The notes: generated by a model from the letters alone, not told the origin. DNA of 64,000 nucleotides from Candidatus Binatia bacterium (GCA_963666315.2 CAXXHG010000043.1:224001-288000), one strand, 5' to 3'; positions 7,891 through 17,584 are shown, numbered from the stretch's first letter. Program-made: numbers and translations.

Positions 7891-10263
7891 TTACTCTTGC
7901 GCTTGTGGCTGCGCCGCCTGAATCAGCTTCCAGATCCGTTCCGGCGTGAGCGGTAGCTCGGTGATTTTGACCCCCAGGGGCTGCAAGGCGTCTTCCAGCG
8001 CATTGGCGATTGCAGCCGGAGCCATGCCAGGCGTGCCTTCGCCTTTTCCTTTTGAGCCTAAGGGTGTGTGAGGCGAGGGCACATTGTGTTCAATCGTCTC
8101 GATGTGTGGCAAATCGAGAGATGACGGAATGTGATAATCCAACAGTGTCGTTGTGAGCTGCTGCCCATTCTCATCGTAGATGAATTCCTCCATACAGGTA
8201 TTCCCGATGCCCATCGCCACACCGCCGTGGATCTGTCCACGTACGATCATGGGATTGATCGGCTGACCGCAATCATCCACAGCCACGTAACGCAAAATTT
8301 TATATTCACCCGTGTCTGGAAAAACCTCTACCTGGACGGCGTGCACATTACAGCTATGCATGCCGGCTGTCTCCGCTTCAAAGTGAGAAGTATGTTCGAG
8401 ACCGGCCTCCATGCCGGGAGGGAGTTCAGTCGGAGAGAGGAGGGCGACCTCCGCAATTCTTGCTATCGCTACTCGTTGGGTTTCGTCTTGTATCAAAACG
8501 GCGTGTCCATCCCGAAAGACAAAATCGTTCTCGCCGGCTTCGATATTGAGCAGGTGAGCCGCAATATTAGCCATCTTAGGTCTGAGCGCTCGTGCTGCCA
8601 GAACGGCCGCACTCAGCGTGTATGAGGCTCCACGTGAGCCTATTGTACCGGCGGAAAAGGGTCCGGCATGGGTGTCGCCGTAGGTCACGTAAATATCTTC
8701 CGGCGAGAGTCCCAGTTCACCAGAGACCACTTGAGCAATCGTGGTTTCATGGCCCTGGCCGTGGGGTGAATCACCTTCGGCTACCTGGACTTTCCCGTGC
8801 GCATCAAATTGGACGGTGGCAACGCCAAAGCCGGGCTGGCGTTCCATGGGTACCAGGACTTCTGAAGGCACGCCGGAAATTTCGACACCCATGCTGAAGC
8901 CCACGCCGAGATAGCGGCCGTTTTGCCAGGCCTCGGATTGTTTTGTACGAAAATTGCCGTAATCGAGCGCGTCACAGGCTTTGCTAAACGAACCTGGGAA
9001 GTCGCCCGAGTCTACGTTCACCCCAACGGCGGACACATGCGGGAAGGTTTTAATCGCGTTTTTGAGTCGGATTTCGACCGGATCCATCTTCAAGGCACGC
9101 GCCGCGAGGTCGACGGCCCGATCAAGCGCAAAGCGGCCGGCAAATGAACCGAAAGCACGACTTGGGGTGAGACTGGCTTTATTCGTGACGACGCAGGTCA
9201 GGTCAATATCAACATTGGGGATGTCGTAGCCATTGATAAGATACATCGCACCCAAGAACGGCATGGCAAAGCCGACATAGATGGCGGTCCGGGCGTCGCC
9301 GCAATCAGCCAGAATCTTATCCCGCAGACCAATAATGGTGCCGTCTTTCTTGAGGGCGAGCTCGATCTGATGAATCTGGTCCCGGCCCTGTCCGATGTTC
9401 ATCAGACACTCTTGGCGATTCTCGACCCATTTGACCGGACGGCGGAGTTTCATCGCCAGGTGACATGCAAGCAGTTCCTCGCGGTACAGGGGCGCTTTTG
9501 TTCCAAACGCACCGCCCATGTCTTTGGGCATGATGACACGCATCTGGCTGTGCGGAATTTTGAGATATTCTGCTAACAGGTGGCGTTTAATATGGGGTCG
9601 TTGGGTCGTCAGCCACAGGGTCAAGCCTTCGCCGGGCTTATAGATAGCCAGACAGCCACGGGTTTCCATAGGCTGGCCGCCTGTTCGATGACAGCGAAAG
9701 CGTTCACTGATGACAAGATCCGCCTGGGCAAAGGCAGCGTCAGGATCGCCGGCGGGAATATGCTGATGATACAGGACGTTATCACCCCACTCGGGGTAGA
9801 GGAGCGGCGCATCCGGCTGAAGCGCCCGCTCCGGGTCGATCACAACGTCGAGCGGATCGTAGTCGACATCAACCAGCTCAAGCGCATCTTCGAGTGTGTA
9901 TTTGTCGCGCGCCACAACCACGGCGAGCGGATCACCCACATACTTCACCTCGTCTATCGACAGCGGCCAGAATATAGGCCGTTTGGTTACACCCGGCAGA
10001 TTCGGCGTATTCATATCCGACAGCACCGGACCGAGGTGCCGGACGTCCTCTCCAGTCAATACCGCCTGCACGCCGGGTTGCGCAGCAGCTTGGGCGGTGT
10101 TGATCTTGGTAATTTTTGCGTGGGCGTAGATACTGCGGACCAAGCCCATCATAACCATACGCGGCAGGACAATATCAGCCAGATACTGCCCCTCACCAAC
10201 CAGCAAACGGCGGTCTTCTTTACGTTTAATAGATCGGCCGACCCAGGGGTTTGTTGTTGTCAT
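7891..10263 (-). CDS. Xanthine dehydrogenase-family molybdopterin-binding large subunit (CoxL-like)
   Basis: WVGRSIKRKEDRRLLVGEGQY, GGAFGTK, HGQGHETT, VDDCGQPINPMIVRGQIHGG, KGKGE. Confidence 0.9.
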   Translation of the reverse strand: MTTTNPWVGRSIKRKEDRRLLVGEGQYLADIVLPRMVMMGLVRSIYAHAKITKINTAQAAAQPGVQAVLTGEDVRHLGPVLSDMNTPNLPGVTKRPIFWPLSIDEVKYVGDPLAVVVARDKYTLEDALELVDVDYDPLDVVIDPERALQPDAPLLYPEWGDNVLYHQHIPAGDPDAAFAQADLVISERFRCHRTGGQPMETRGCLAIYKPGEGLTLWLTTQRPHIKRHLLAEYLKIPHSQMRVIMPKDMGGAFGTKAPLYREELLACHLAMKLRRPVKWVENRQECLMNIGQGRDQIHQIELALKKDGTIIGLRDKILADCGDARTAIYVGFAMPFLGAMYLINGYDIPNVDIDLTCVVTNKASLTPSRAFGSFAGRFALDRAVDLAARALKMDPVEIRLKNAIKTFPHVSAVGVNVDSGDFPGSFSKACDALDYGNFRTKQSEAWQNGRYLGVGFSMGVEISGVPSEVLVPMERQPGFGVATVQFDAHGKVQVAEGDSPHGQGHETTIAQVVSGELGLSPEDIYVTYGDTHAGPFSAGTIGSRGASYTLSAAVLAARALRPKMANIAAHLLNIEAGENDFVFRDGHAVLIQDETQRVAIARIAEVALLSPTELPPGMEAGLEHTSHFEAETAGMHSCNVHAVQVEVFPDTGEYKILRYVAVDDCGQPINPMIVRGQIHGGVAMGIGNTCMEEFIYDENGQQLTTTLLDYHIPSSLDLPHIETIEHNVPSPHTPLGSKGKGEGTPGMAPAAIANALEDALQPLGVKITELPLTPERIWKLIQAAQPQAQE

Positions 10264-10285
10264 GGGCTGCTCCGTATTTCGCCAG

Positions 10286-10792
10286 CTAGACTGGAAACCA
10301 TTCTTTACGTTCTTCCGGCGGCATGCCCTCAACTGCAGCAATCGCGTGCTTGACCGCTTCAACGATGTGGACATAGCCCGTACAGCGACAAATGACACCG
10401 GACATCGCCGTCCGGATGTCTTTGTCCGAGTGTTTAGGATGCTGCAGAAATTCGTATAAGGTCATGAGCAAACCAGGCGTACAAAACCCGCACTGCAGCC
10501 CATGCTTTTCCCAAAAACCGTCTTGAATCGGATGCAGGACATCGTCTTGAGCCAGGCCCTCAATCGTCAGAATCTTTGCCCCATCCGCCTGAACCGCCAG
10601 CATGAGACACGCCTTGACAGCTTTGGCGTCGAGGATGACGGTGCAGGCTCCGCAGCGACCTTCGACCGAGCAGCCAACGTGGGTACCGGTCAATCCCGCT
10701 ACCTCACGAATAAAATCAACCAGCAGCAAACGATAGTCGACGGCCTCCTCATAGGCTTCACCGTTGATGGTAATACTGATCTCTCGCTTCAT
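10286..10792 (-). CDS. [2Fe-2S] small subunit (CoxS-like)
   Basis: GCSVEGRCGACTV, QCGFCTPG, CRCTGY. Confidence 0.92.
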   Translation of the reverse strand: MKREISITINGEAYEEAVDYRLLLVDFIREVAGLTGTHVGCSVEGRCGACTVILDAKAVKACLMLAVQADGAKILTIEGLAQDDVLHPIQDGFWEKHGLQCGFCTPGLLMTLYEFLQHPKHSDKDIRTAMSGVICRCTGYVHIVEAVKHAIAAVEGMPPEERKEWFPV

Positions 10793-11673
10793 GCTGACCT
10801 CTTTTCTGCTCGGGCTAGGGCGTGGCGTATTACGGTTGGAACACTGACTCGGATGAGTTGCGTCCGATATATTGCCGAAGCACGTACGTCATCGTCGGTC
10901 TCCACTTCCTGTGCCGCTGCTTCTCCCGCTTGTGTGAGCAGCGCGTCATCAAGTTTCTTACCCTGCAAGAGAGCTGAGACCTGGTTTACCCGACAGGGTT
11001 TAGGCATTACGCCGCCAATAACGATAGCCGCCTGTAGGCACCTACCAGCAGAGTCGAGCGTCACCTGCGCAGCCACGCTGATAATGGCAAAGTCACCGGC
11101 TACCTGGCTATGTTTGGCATACGCGCCGCCTGAGGAAGCCGCTGGAGTTGGAATTTCGATCCGAGTGACAAGTTCATCTTGTGCGATATTACTCATCAAC
11201 GGACCAGCCACGAAGTCGTCGGCTGAGACTGTTCGCGTACTCCCATCTGCTTTGGCAACCACCAGCCGGCCGTCTAAGAGTATAACAGCAGGCGGATAAT
11301 CGGCTGCAGGATCGGCGTGCACCAGACTGCCGGCTATGGTGCCTCGGTTTCGAATTTGTGGATCGCCGATATTTCTAGCTGCGTCAGCCAAAAGTGTGTA
11401 GGGTTGCTGCATAAGCGGGTGGACGGCGATATCCGCATGACGCGCCAGAGCACCGAGGTGTAAGCAACCGTCCTTCTCTTCGATGTCGCTCAGACCGGCA
11501 ACATGGTTCAGATCGATGATAGCTTGCGGCTCAGCCAAACGCAGTTTCATGAGGGGCATCAAGCTCTGACCGCCCGCCAGTAATTTGGCGTGCTCCCCAT
11601 GCTGTTGGAGGAGAGCCAAGACCTCACTGACCTGGGTTGGCGCGAAGTAGCTTTCGATCGCTTTAGGGTACAT
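10789..11673 (-). CDS. FAD-binding medium subunit (CoxM-like)
   Basis: LLAGGQSLMPLMKLRLA, QIRNRGTIAGSLVHADPAAD. Confidence 0.92.
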   Translation of the reverse strand: MYPKAIESYFAPTQVSEVLALLQQHGEHAKLLAGGQSLMPLMKLRLAEPQAIIDLNHVAGLSDIEEKDGCLHLGALARHADIAVHPLMQQPYTLLADAARNIGDPQIRNRGTIAGSLVHADPAADYPPAVILLDGRLVVAKADGSTRTVSADDFVAGPLMSNIAQDELVTRIEIPTPAASSGGAYAKHSQVAGDFAIISVAAQVTLDSAGRCLQAAIVIGGVMPKPCRVNQVSALLQGKKLDDALLTQAGEAAAQEVETDDDVRASAIYRTQLIRVSVPTVIRHALARAEKRSA

Positions 11674-11804
11674 GCGGATCCTTCTCCTTATACCGGTCCT
11701 TTACTGCTGCTTCACCGTGCTGCGTAGCAGACCGTGGCCGGAAGTCAAGAAAAGAGACCCAACCTCTGCGCGGCTGGACCATTCTCTGCTAAGGGCAACA
11801 CACT

Positions 11805-12404
11805 ATGCTGGACTCATATGCAAGCCGGGCAGGGTGGCTGGATTCTGTTCTGAACACGCTGTCCCAAGCGGTCATACGCGCGGGTATTAAGGCCAATGCC
11901 TTGACGTATTTTGCCGTGGCAAGCGGCGTGAGTGCAGGAGGATGCTTCTACGTCCACATGCCCGGATTGGCCGTATTCTTTCTTGTCCTGTCCGGACTGG
12001 CGGACGGCATCGACGGCAGAGTCGCCCGTTTAGGCACCGGCTCGACACCCTGGGGTGGAGTGCTCGATCTGGTGTGTGATCGGATAGTTGAGGCTGCCGT
12101 CTTACTCGGCATCGCCCTGCCATACTCACATTTGCATGCGCCGGCGTTGGTGCTTGCCGCAACGTGGTATGTGAACCTATGTGTTTTTATGGCCGTTGGT
12201 GCGGTGAGCGAGCAGCAACGGGTCAAGGCGATTGTCTATTCGCCTGGCTTGGTTGAACGCGGTGAGGGACTCTTTTTCGCGGCTTTTGCCGGCTTCTCGC
12301 CACAGTGGGCTGCAGCAGCGGCATATGTGTATGCGGCCTTAGAAGTGATTACGGCAATACAACGATTTGTGGCTGGCAGGCAGGAATTGCGCGCGTTAGT
12401 ATAA
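11805..12404 (+). CDS. CDP-alcohol phosphatidyltransferase family protein
   Basis: DGIDGRVAR...GGVLDLVCDR signature. Confidence 0.88.
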   Translation: MLDSYASRAGWLDSVLNTLSQAVIRAGIKANALTYFAVASGVSAGGCFYVHMPGLAVFFLVLSGLADGIDGRVARLGTGSTPWGGVLDLVCDRIVEAAVLLGIALPYSHLHAPALVLAATWYVNLCVFMAVGAVSEQQRVKAIVYSPGLVERGEGLFFAAFAGFSPQWAAAAAYVYAALEVITAIQRFVAGRQELRALV

Positions 12405-12452
12405 AAATGGGGTAGGGGCATGGCGAGGGATTCGTACTTCGCCCCACGAATA

Positions 12453-13190
12453 TCATTGCACTGAATACGAAAGCAGCTCCGTCACACTCTTGACCGGCGT
12501 GCCTTCACCTTCGCTACTAATAGCTTTGATTAAGCCCACACCTCGGGCATACCACTCGGTGAAGTGGAGGTGGAATTCCGTTGTTTTGTGTCTGGGATCA
12601 GCAACGGTACTGATGGTCATGGTTTCTACTCGCAAACAGTTGTGGAATGTACCGGCGGGAACCTGAACCGCGACCGGATCGATCCACGCGCTGGCTGAGG
12701 CCGTGACATTCTGGCCGCCTTCGAGCGGCCAAGCATTGGTTTGGAACCGGATCTCCCAGCTACGTTCTCCAGTATAGGGTCTCGGCAGGATACGCTCGAC
12801 TCCTTCGCCAAGATTCGTATCCCAGACCTTGTCGCCCTCAGAATCAAGCCACGGATAGCGGAGCAGAAAACCCTCTTTTCGAAGGTAGGCAACCGTACTT
12901 TTCGCCTCGGGGGCCGTATCAGTTAAGGGTTCATATTCCTCAGCGACAACGAACCACGCGCCTTCAAGCAGAGGGAAATCATCGAGAATAACCGTTTCCG
13001 TCATATAGTAGTGATAGTCGCCGCCAGAGAACGTAACCTCATGCGTCCACGTATTGTCCACAGCCAGTGGGAAGAAGTCGTGATTTCCGGACGAAGACGC
13101 CGTCACAGACGAAGACGGCGGCATCAGGACACTGCTCAGCGAGCCGGCAATAAAGAGAGAAACCGCTATTGTGACTATGGAGCGTAGCAT
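12453..13190 (-). CDS. Hypothetical secreted protein (VPAGTF beta-rich family)
   Basis: Signal peptide; FFPLAVDNTW, VQVPAGTFHNC, WYARGVGLIK. Confidence 0.65.
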   Translation of the reverse strand: MLRSIVTIAVSLFIAGSLSSVLMPPSSSVTASSSGNHDFFPLAVDNTWTHEVTFSGGDYHYYMTETVILDDFPLLEGAWFVVAEEYEPLTDTAPEAKSTVAYLRKEGFLLRYPWLDSEGDKVWDTNLGEGVERILPRPYTGERSWEIRFQTNAWPLEGGQNVTASASAWIDPVAVQVPAGTFHNCLRVETMTISTVADPRHKTTEFHLHFTEWYARGVGLIKAISSEGEGTPVKSVTELLSYSVQ

Positions 13191-13232
13191 GACACTCGGA
13201 CTGTACCCGCCATGTTTTTTTCATGCAATATT

Positions 13233-13260
13233 TTTCACACAGACGGCCGTGCCGTGTCTT
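13233..13260 (+). promoter_or_regulatory. Possible autoregulated ECF promoter
   Basis: TTTCACA-N15-TGTCTT about 10 nt before the sigma ATG. Confidence 0.3.
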
Positions 13261-13269
13261 ATATAGAGT

Positions 13270-13827
13270 ATGACGCTTTCTGACCAACAACCCACAACTA
13301 AGAAGTATGATTTTCATGAAATCATAGATCGTCACCAAAGAGCAATCTATTGCTATCTCGTGCGTTGTACCGGTAATATCGACGATGCTCAGGAACTGTT
13401 CCAGGATACTTTTCTTCGCGCATATCGCGCCTACATCAGCCTTTCGCCCGATGCCAATCATCAGGCCTGGCTCTTTCGCATCGCAACCAATCTTGTCAAG
13501 AATTATATCCGCAGCCGTGAACGACGCAGAAAAGTCTTTGTGGATGGAGCAGCACCAGCCGCTTCACACAGCACGAGCTCCAATAGTTCCAATGCGGAAG
13601 ATGATCTCCAGTTACAAGAGACCGCCCATATTTTGCTGAAAGCACTCCAGGCTTTACCGTTCCGGCAAAGAACCGCTCTCATCCAACGCCAATTCGAAGG
13701 TTTAGACTACCGTCTGATCGCCGAAAATCTGGAGTGTTCACAAGACACTGCGCGGGCGCACGTTTATCAGGCACTGCGCAAGTTGCGCATACGCTGGCAC
13801 GAGATAATGAATGATGAAAACGGATGA
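13270..13827 (+). CDS. ECF RNA polymerase sigma factor
   Basis: DAQELFQDTFLRAY, WLFRIATN (region 2); LPFRQRTAL..GLDYRLIAENLECS..TARAHVYQA (region 4). Confidence 0.93.
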   Translation: MTLSDQQPTTKKYDFHEIIDRHQRAIYCYLVRCTGNIDDAQELFQDTFLRAYRAYISLSPDANHQAWLFRIATNLVKNYIRSRERRRKVFVDGAAPAASHSTSSNSSNAEDDLQLQETAHILLKALQALPFRQRTALIQRQFEGLDYRLIAENLECSQDTARAHVYQALRKLRIRWHEIMNDENG

Positions 13828-13851
13828 ATACTGAACAAGAGAGGAGACGCC

Positions 13852-14850
13852 ATGCCTACCCAAAATCGTAGCACGAAGCGCAGCACGCTCTCATGTGGAT
13901 TTGCTGAAGACGACCTTATTGCTGAAGCGCTCGGGGAAACGTCTCAAGACGTTCATCAACAGGTACACAGCCATATCACGACCTGCCCTATCTGCGCCCG
14001 GCTTTTGGAACAATACCGGCAGTTACACACCCGGTTGCGCGCTGTGCCGGCTGCTGAGACAGGGCTCGCCTCAGCTCGCCGCGCCCTCGACACTAGCTTG
14101 GTCCTGACCAATCGTCCCCGTCTTTTGCTGAGCGTCTGGGATTCTCCTATCGGTCCCCTACGGATCGGTAGAACGGATAAGGGCGTAGCCTTGGTTGAGT
14201 TTGTTTCTCAGGATGATCCCAAAGACGCAACTGCAGCGCTCGAGAAGAACTTTGCTGTTGAGCAATCCGAGGGCAATATTTCTTCTCTGACCCACAAGCT
14301 CGAAGCGTATTTGAACGGCAAGCGACAAGCGCTTGACTGGGTTATTGATGACGTCCTCATGCGTAGTGATTTTCAGCGCCAAGTCCTCAAGGCCGCGAGT
14401 GAGATTCCGTATGGCACCCTGACGACGTATTTGGGTCTGGCCGAAAGAATCAGTCAGCCAAAAGCCGTCCGGGCGGTCGCCCAGGCGTTGCGCTACAACC
14501 CGGTTCCGATTCAGATTCCTTGTCACCGCATCATCGGCAGTAACGGCAGTCTGACGGGTTATGCAGGAAATCGGATTGCGCTCAAGAGAGATATTCTTGC
14601 TGTTGAAGGCATACCGGTCGTTCAATCAAAAACAGGCTTTGCCATCGCCCAAGACCGGCTCTATGTCGGTCGGCAACAGGACCACATATTTTGCCGACCG
14701 AGCTGTGAAACTTCGAAGGGAATTCGGGCGGGGGATCGTTTATTCATCGCTTCACATACACGAGCAGAAGAAATTGGCTACGCGCCATGTAATATCTGCC
14801 AGCCAGACCTTCATCCGTTACACAAAGAGGCAGAGCCCAGCTTGTTTTGA
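13852..14850 (+). CDS. Fusion: ZAS/zf-HC2 anti-sigma domain + methylated-DNA--protein-cysteine methyltransferase + Ada Zn-binding domain
   Basis: HITTCPIC (Hx3Cx2C); RAVAQALRYNPVPIQIPCHRII active site; C-terminal IFCRPSC...GYAPCNICQP. Confidence 0.88.
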   Translation: MPTQNRSTKRSTLSCGFAEDDLIAEALGETSQDVHQQVHSHITTCPICARLLEQYRQLHTRLRAVPAAETGLASARRALDTSLVLTNRPRLLLSVWDSPIGPLRIGRTDKGVALVEFVSQDDPKDATAALEKNFAVEQSEGNISSLTHKLEAYLNGKRQALDWVIDDVLMRSDFQRQVLKAASEIPYGTLTTYLGLAERISQPKAVRAVAQALRYNPVPIQIPCHRIIGSNGSLTGYAGNRIALKRDILAVEGIPVVQSKTGFAIAQDRLYVGRQQDHIFCRPSCETSKGIRAGDRLFIASHTRAEEIGYAPCNICQPDLHPLHKEAEPSLF

Positions 14851-14973
14851 TTATTTTGCACTGAGAAACCCATCTGCGCAATATTCGTGTCAGTCCCGTG
14901 CCAGTCTCAGGCCAATCCCGTGCAAATTTGCCTAGGCTTGTAGAAATACGCGCTTTTCTATACAGCCTCAATT

Positions 14974-15834
14974 ATGAAAGCGTTCCGTCCGCTCTTAGCG
15001 CTACTTGTAGCTCCGCTACTTGTAGCCCTCTTCACTAGTGCGGCCTGTGAGCGCCCACCTGACTCGACATCAAAACCGGTTCCCGCCGATCTTCAGCAGG
15101 CAATGACACTCCTTTCCCAGGGGTTGGAAGCCTTTGATACGGAAAAGGTCCTAGCCGTATATGCGGACGACTTCACCAGCGGGACTGGACGGTCCCAGCA
15201 AGGTATAGGAGAGGTTCTGAAGCGGCTTCGAGCCAGCAACGTCACGCTTGCGGTCGAGAAAGTTGACGTCAAAGCTGTAGATAACACCCAGGCAGAGATC
15301 ACAACCTATATGCGTCTGCGCTATAACGACCGTTTCCAGGATATTGGAGAGGGAGAGGTCGCCATCACAGATATCCTGTCCCATATGCTCCGCAAGACGG
15401 ATGGCCGGTGGGGAATCAACGCAGATAAACGGCTGGCCACCTACAGTGAGGGACGGTTCGGCGAGGGTTCGCCAAATGTGACAGTCGAGCTTCCAGACCA
15501 ACTCCCTACAGAGCTTGAGTATATTATAACTGTTTCAGTCCAACCTGAGCGCGCGACCTATTATCGTGTCTCTATTGGAAACTGTCCTGAAGATCCTGGC
15601 ATCCTCCCAACCCCGGATATCGTGACGATGCTGCCCGAGGAGGGGAAGCTAGAAGCACGCTTACTCCCCAATCCACAGGGCTTGAGCGAAATGGTTCGGG
15701 TGACGGTCATTGCCCAGGATTCCGTGGGCAGGCGACTGGGGGCTACGACTATATCCAAACTCGTTCCTGGCAAACAGCCTACGAGGCGACTCAAACAGCC
15801 GCCGCCATCACCTCAGGCCCAGCAGGGCGTGTAA
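14974..15834 (+). CDS. Putative lipoprotein with N-terminal NTF2-like domain
   Basis: Hydrophobic leader ending SAAC; VLAVYADDF...LRKTDGRWGI. Confidence 0.6.
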   Translation: MKAFRPLLALLVAPLLVALFTSAACERPPDSTSKPVPADLQQAMTLLSQGLEAFDTEKVLAVYADDFTSGTGRSQQGIGEVLKRLRASNVTLAVEKVDVKAVDNTQAEITTYMRLRYNDRFQDIGEGEVAITDILSHMLRKTDGRWGINADKRLATYSEGRFGEGSPNVTVELPDQLPTELEYIITVSVQPERATYYRVSIGNCPEDPGILPTPDIVTMLPEEGKLEARLLPNPQGLSEMVRVTVIAQDSVGRRLGATTISKLVPGKQPTRRLKQPPPSPQAQQGV

Positions 15835-15880
15835 TCAGAGAGGGCGGCGGAGTTCTATCAGGAGGGTTTAAGGACATTAC

Positions 15881-16300
15881 ATGTCAATAACAAAAAACAA
15901 GATCCTCGTCCGGCGTTATTTTGAAGAATGCCTCAACCGGGGCAAGCTCGAGACGATCGACGAGCTGATTTCTCCCACCTATGTCAGTCACTACCCCGCA
16001 GGTTATGACCTGGGCGGCGGCCCGGCAGATGTCAAACAGATCGTGGCTTCTGTTCGGAGAGGATTTTCCGATCTCCATTTCACCATAGAAGATTTCGTGG
16101 CCCAGGGTGAGAAGGTCGTGGCACGCTGGACGTTTCGCGGCACGCATGACGGCAATTTTATGGGTATTGCGCCCACAGGCAAGCAGGCCCAAGTCGCCGG
16201 GGTCGCCGTGTATCGGATCGCTGACGGTAAAATCGAAGAAGTCTGGCTGTCGTGGGACGTCTTTGGACTGCTAAAACAGCTTGACGCGCTCCCTTCGTAA
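15881..16300 (+). CDS. SnoaL-like ester cyclase
   Basis: NKILVRRYFEE, WTFRGTHDGNFMGIAPTGK, DGKIEEVW. Confidence 0.88.
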   Translation: MSITKNKILVRRYFEECLNRGKLETIDELISPTYVSHYPAGYDLGGGPADVKQIVASVRRGFSDLHFTIEDFVAQGEKVVARWTFRGTHDGNFMGIAPTGKQAQVAGVAVYRIADGKIEEVWLSWDVFGLLKQLDALPS

Positions 16301-16334
16301 GTGGAGATAAAAGAACCAAGCACTTCTGTGCCGT

Positions 16335-16700
16335 ATGGTCCATCCTACTCCACGTTTTTTCGCCCATGTGTACCGTTTAGTCGCGAGAGTCCCTAAGGGC
16401 AGGGTCGTCACGTATGGACAGGTGGCAGCAATTCTTGGCGCGCCTCGGGCGGCCCGCGCGGTTGGCACGGCCCTGCGACATCTGCCCCGCCCACTCTCGA
16501 AGAAGGTCCCTTGGCAACGGGTCATTAATGCCTCGGGTGGGATCAGTGCGCGCGGCGATGTTCTCCGTGCGGAGGAACAGCGCTGGATGCTTGAGGAAGA
16601 GGGAATTACATTTAGCCGGGGTGGAAAAATCGATCTTGAGCAAGATCGCTGGTCTGGTCCGAAGAATTGGAAGGTGCCGCGGTGGAAAACAAAACTGTAG
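16335..16700 (+). CDS. Alkyltransferase-like (ATL) protein, MGMT family
   Basis: GRVVTYGQVA...ARAVG...VPWQRVIN (Trp replaces the catalytic Cys). Confidence 0.88.
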   Translation: MVHPTPRFFAHVYRLVARVPKGRVVTYGQVAAILGAPRAARAVGTALRHLPRPLSKKVPWQRVINASGGISARGDVLRAEEQRWMLEEEGITFSRGGKIDLEQDRWSGPKNWKVPRWKTKL

Positions 16701-16706
16701 CGGCCA

Positions 16707-16732
16707 CAGGGACGCACGGCCGTGCGTCCCTG
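16707..16732. repeat. Perfect palindrome (REP-like or bidirectional terminator)
   Basis: CAGGGACGCACGGCCGTGCGTCCCTG between convergent genes. Confidence 0.7.
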
Positions 16733-16738
16733 GAGGAT

Positions 16739-17584
16739 TTACGCGAACTGCGAAATATAGCCAGAGTATTTATCAAGCAGTGGCAGCACCGTATCCGCAG
16801 CGGCTGAGGGGACAAAAAAGACCGTCCGATCAAGGCCTAGCTCTTGGAGCTGGCCGAGCGCTTTTTCATCATCCGGCCCGCCAAAAATCGAAACCGGGAT
16901 CTCTTCCTTAGGTCGGCCAGCTTCGTCGGCCAGGTTGTGCAGTTGTTGAATCGCCGCCGGCATGTCCTGCACTGTTCCGCCAACCGGAATCCAGCCGTCA
17001 CAATAGTTGACCACCCGCTTGAGGCCCTTGTCTGACAGGGTACCCAGAATAATCGGCGGATGTGGTTTTTGAACCGGCTTTGGGTGGCTCCAGATCGGAT
17101 CAAAATTAACAAATTCGCCATGATACTCGGCTTCTTCCTCAGTCCAGATCACCTTCATGGCTTCGATCCGTTCACGGCACACCTTCCAGCGTCGATTAAA
17201 CGACGTGCCATGGTTTTCCATCTCTTCAGCGTTCCAACCACCACCGATACCAAAGAGCAGCCGGCCGTTCGAGAGCTGGTCCACAGAAGCAACCTCGTTG
17301 GCCAGCGTGATTGGATCGCGTTCAATAACCAGGCAAATACCGCTTCCGAGCTTGATCGTCTTGGTGACTGCGGCGGCGGCCCCCAGAGACACAAACAGAT
17401 CGTGGGTATGCCAATATTCCTTGGGCAGTTCTCCGCCGGCCGGCCACGGACTCTTGCGGCTGGCTGGGATATGGGTATGTTCGGGAAACCAGATCGACTC
17501 AAAACCACGATCTTCACACTCCTTGGCCAGCGTGTCCGGCCGAATCGCGTAGTCGGTCGCAAACATGGTAATACCGATTTTCAT
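16739..17584 (-). CDS. LLM class F420-dependent oxidoreductase (Rv2161c-like)
   Basis: GFESIWFPEHTHIP, ASVDQLSNGRLLFGIGGGWNAEE, PKPVQKPHPP. Confidence 0.88.
   Translation of the reverse strand: MKIGITMFATDYAIRPDTLAKECEDRGFESIWFPEHTHIPASRKSPWPAGGELPKEYWHTHDLFVSLGAAAAVTKTIKLGSGICLVIERDPITLANEVASVDQLSNGRLLFGIGGGWNAEEMENHGTSFNRRWKVCRERIEAMKVIWTEEEAEYHGEFVNFDPIWSHPKPVQKPHPPIILGTLSDKGLKRVVNYCDGWIPVGGTVQDMPAAIQQLHNLADEAGRPKEEIPVSIFGGPDDEKALGQLQELGLDRTVFFVPSAAADTVLPLLDKYSGYISQFA

Noticed and set aside
7891-10263. Aerobic carbon monoxide dehydrogenase
   Set aside because: Lacks the AYxCSFR form I motif, and no cox accessory genes are adjacent.
13852-14850. Canonical ada gene
   Set aside because: No AraC HTH, and the Zn domain is C-terminal rather than N-terminal, so the symbol was not assigned.
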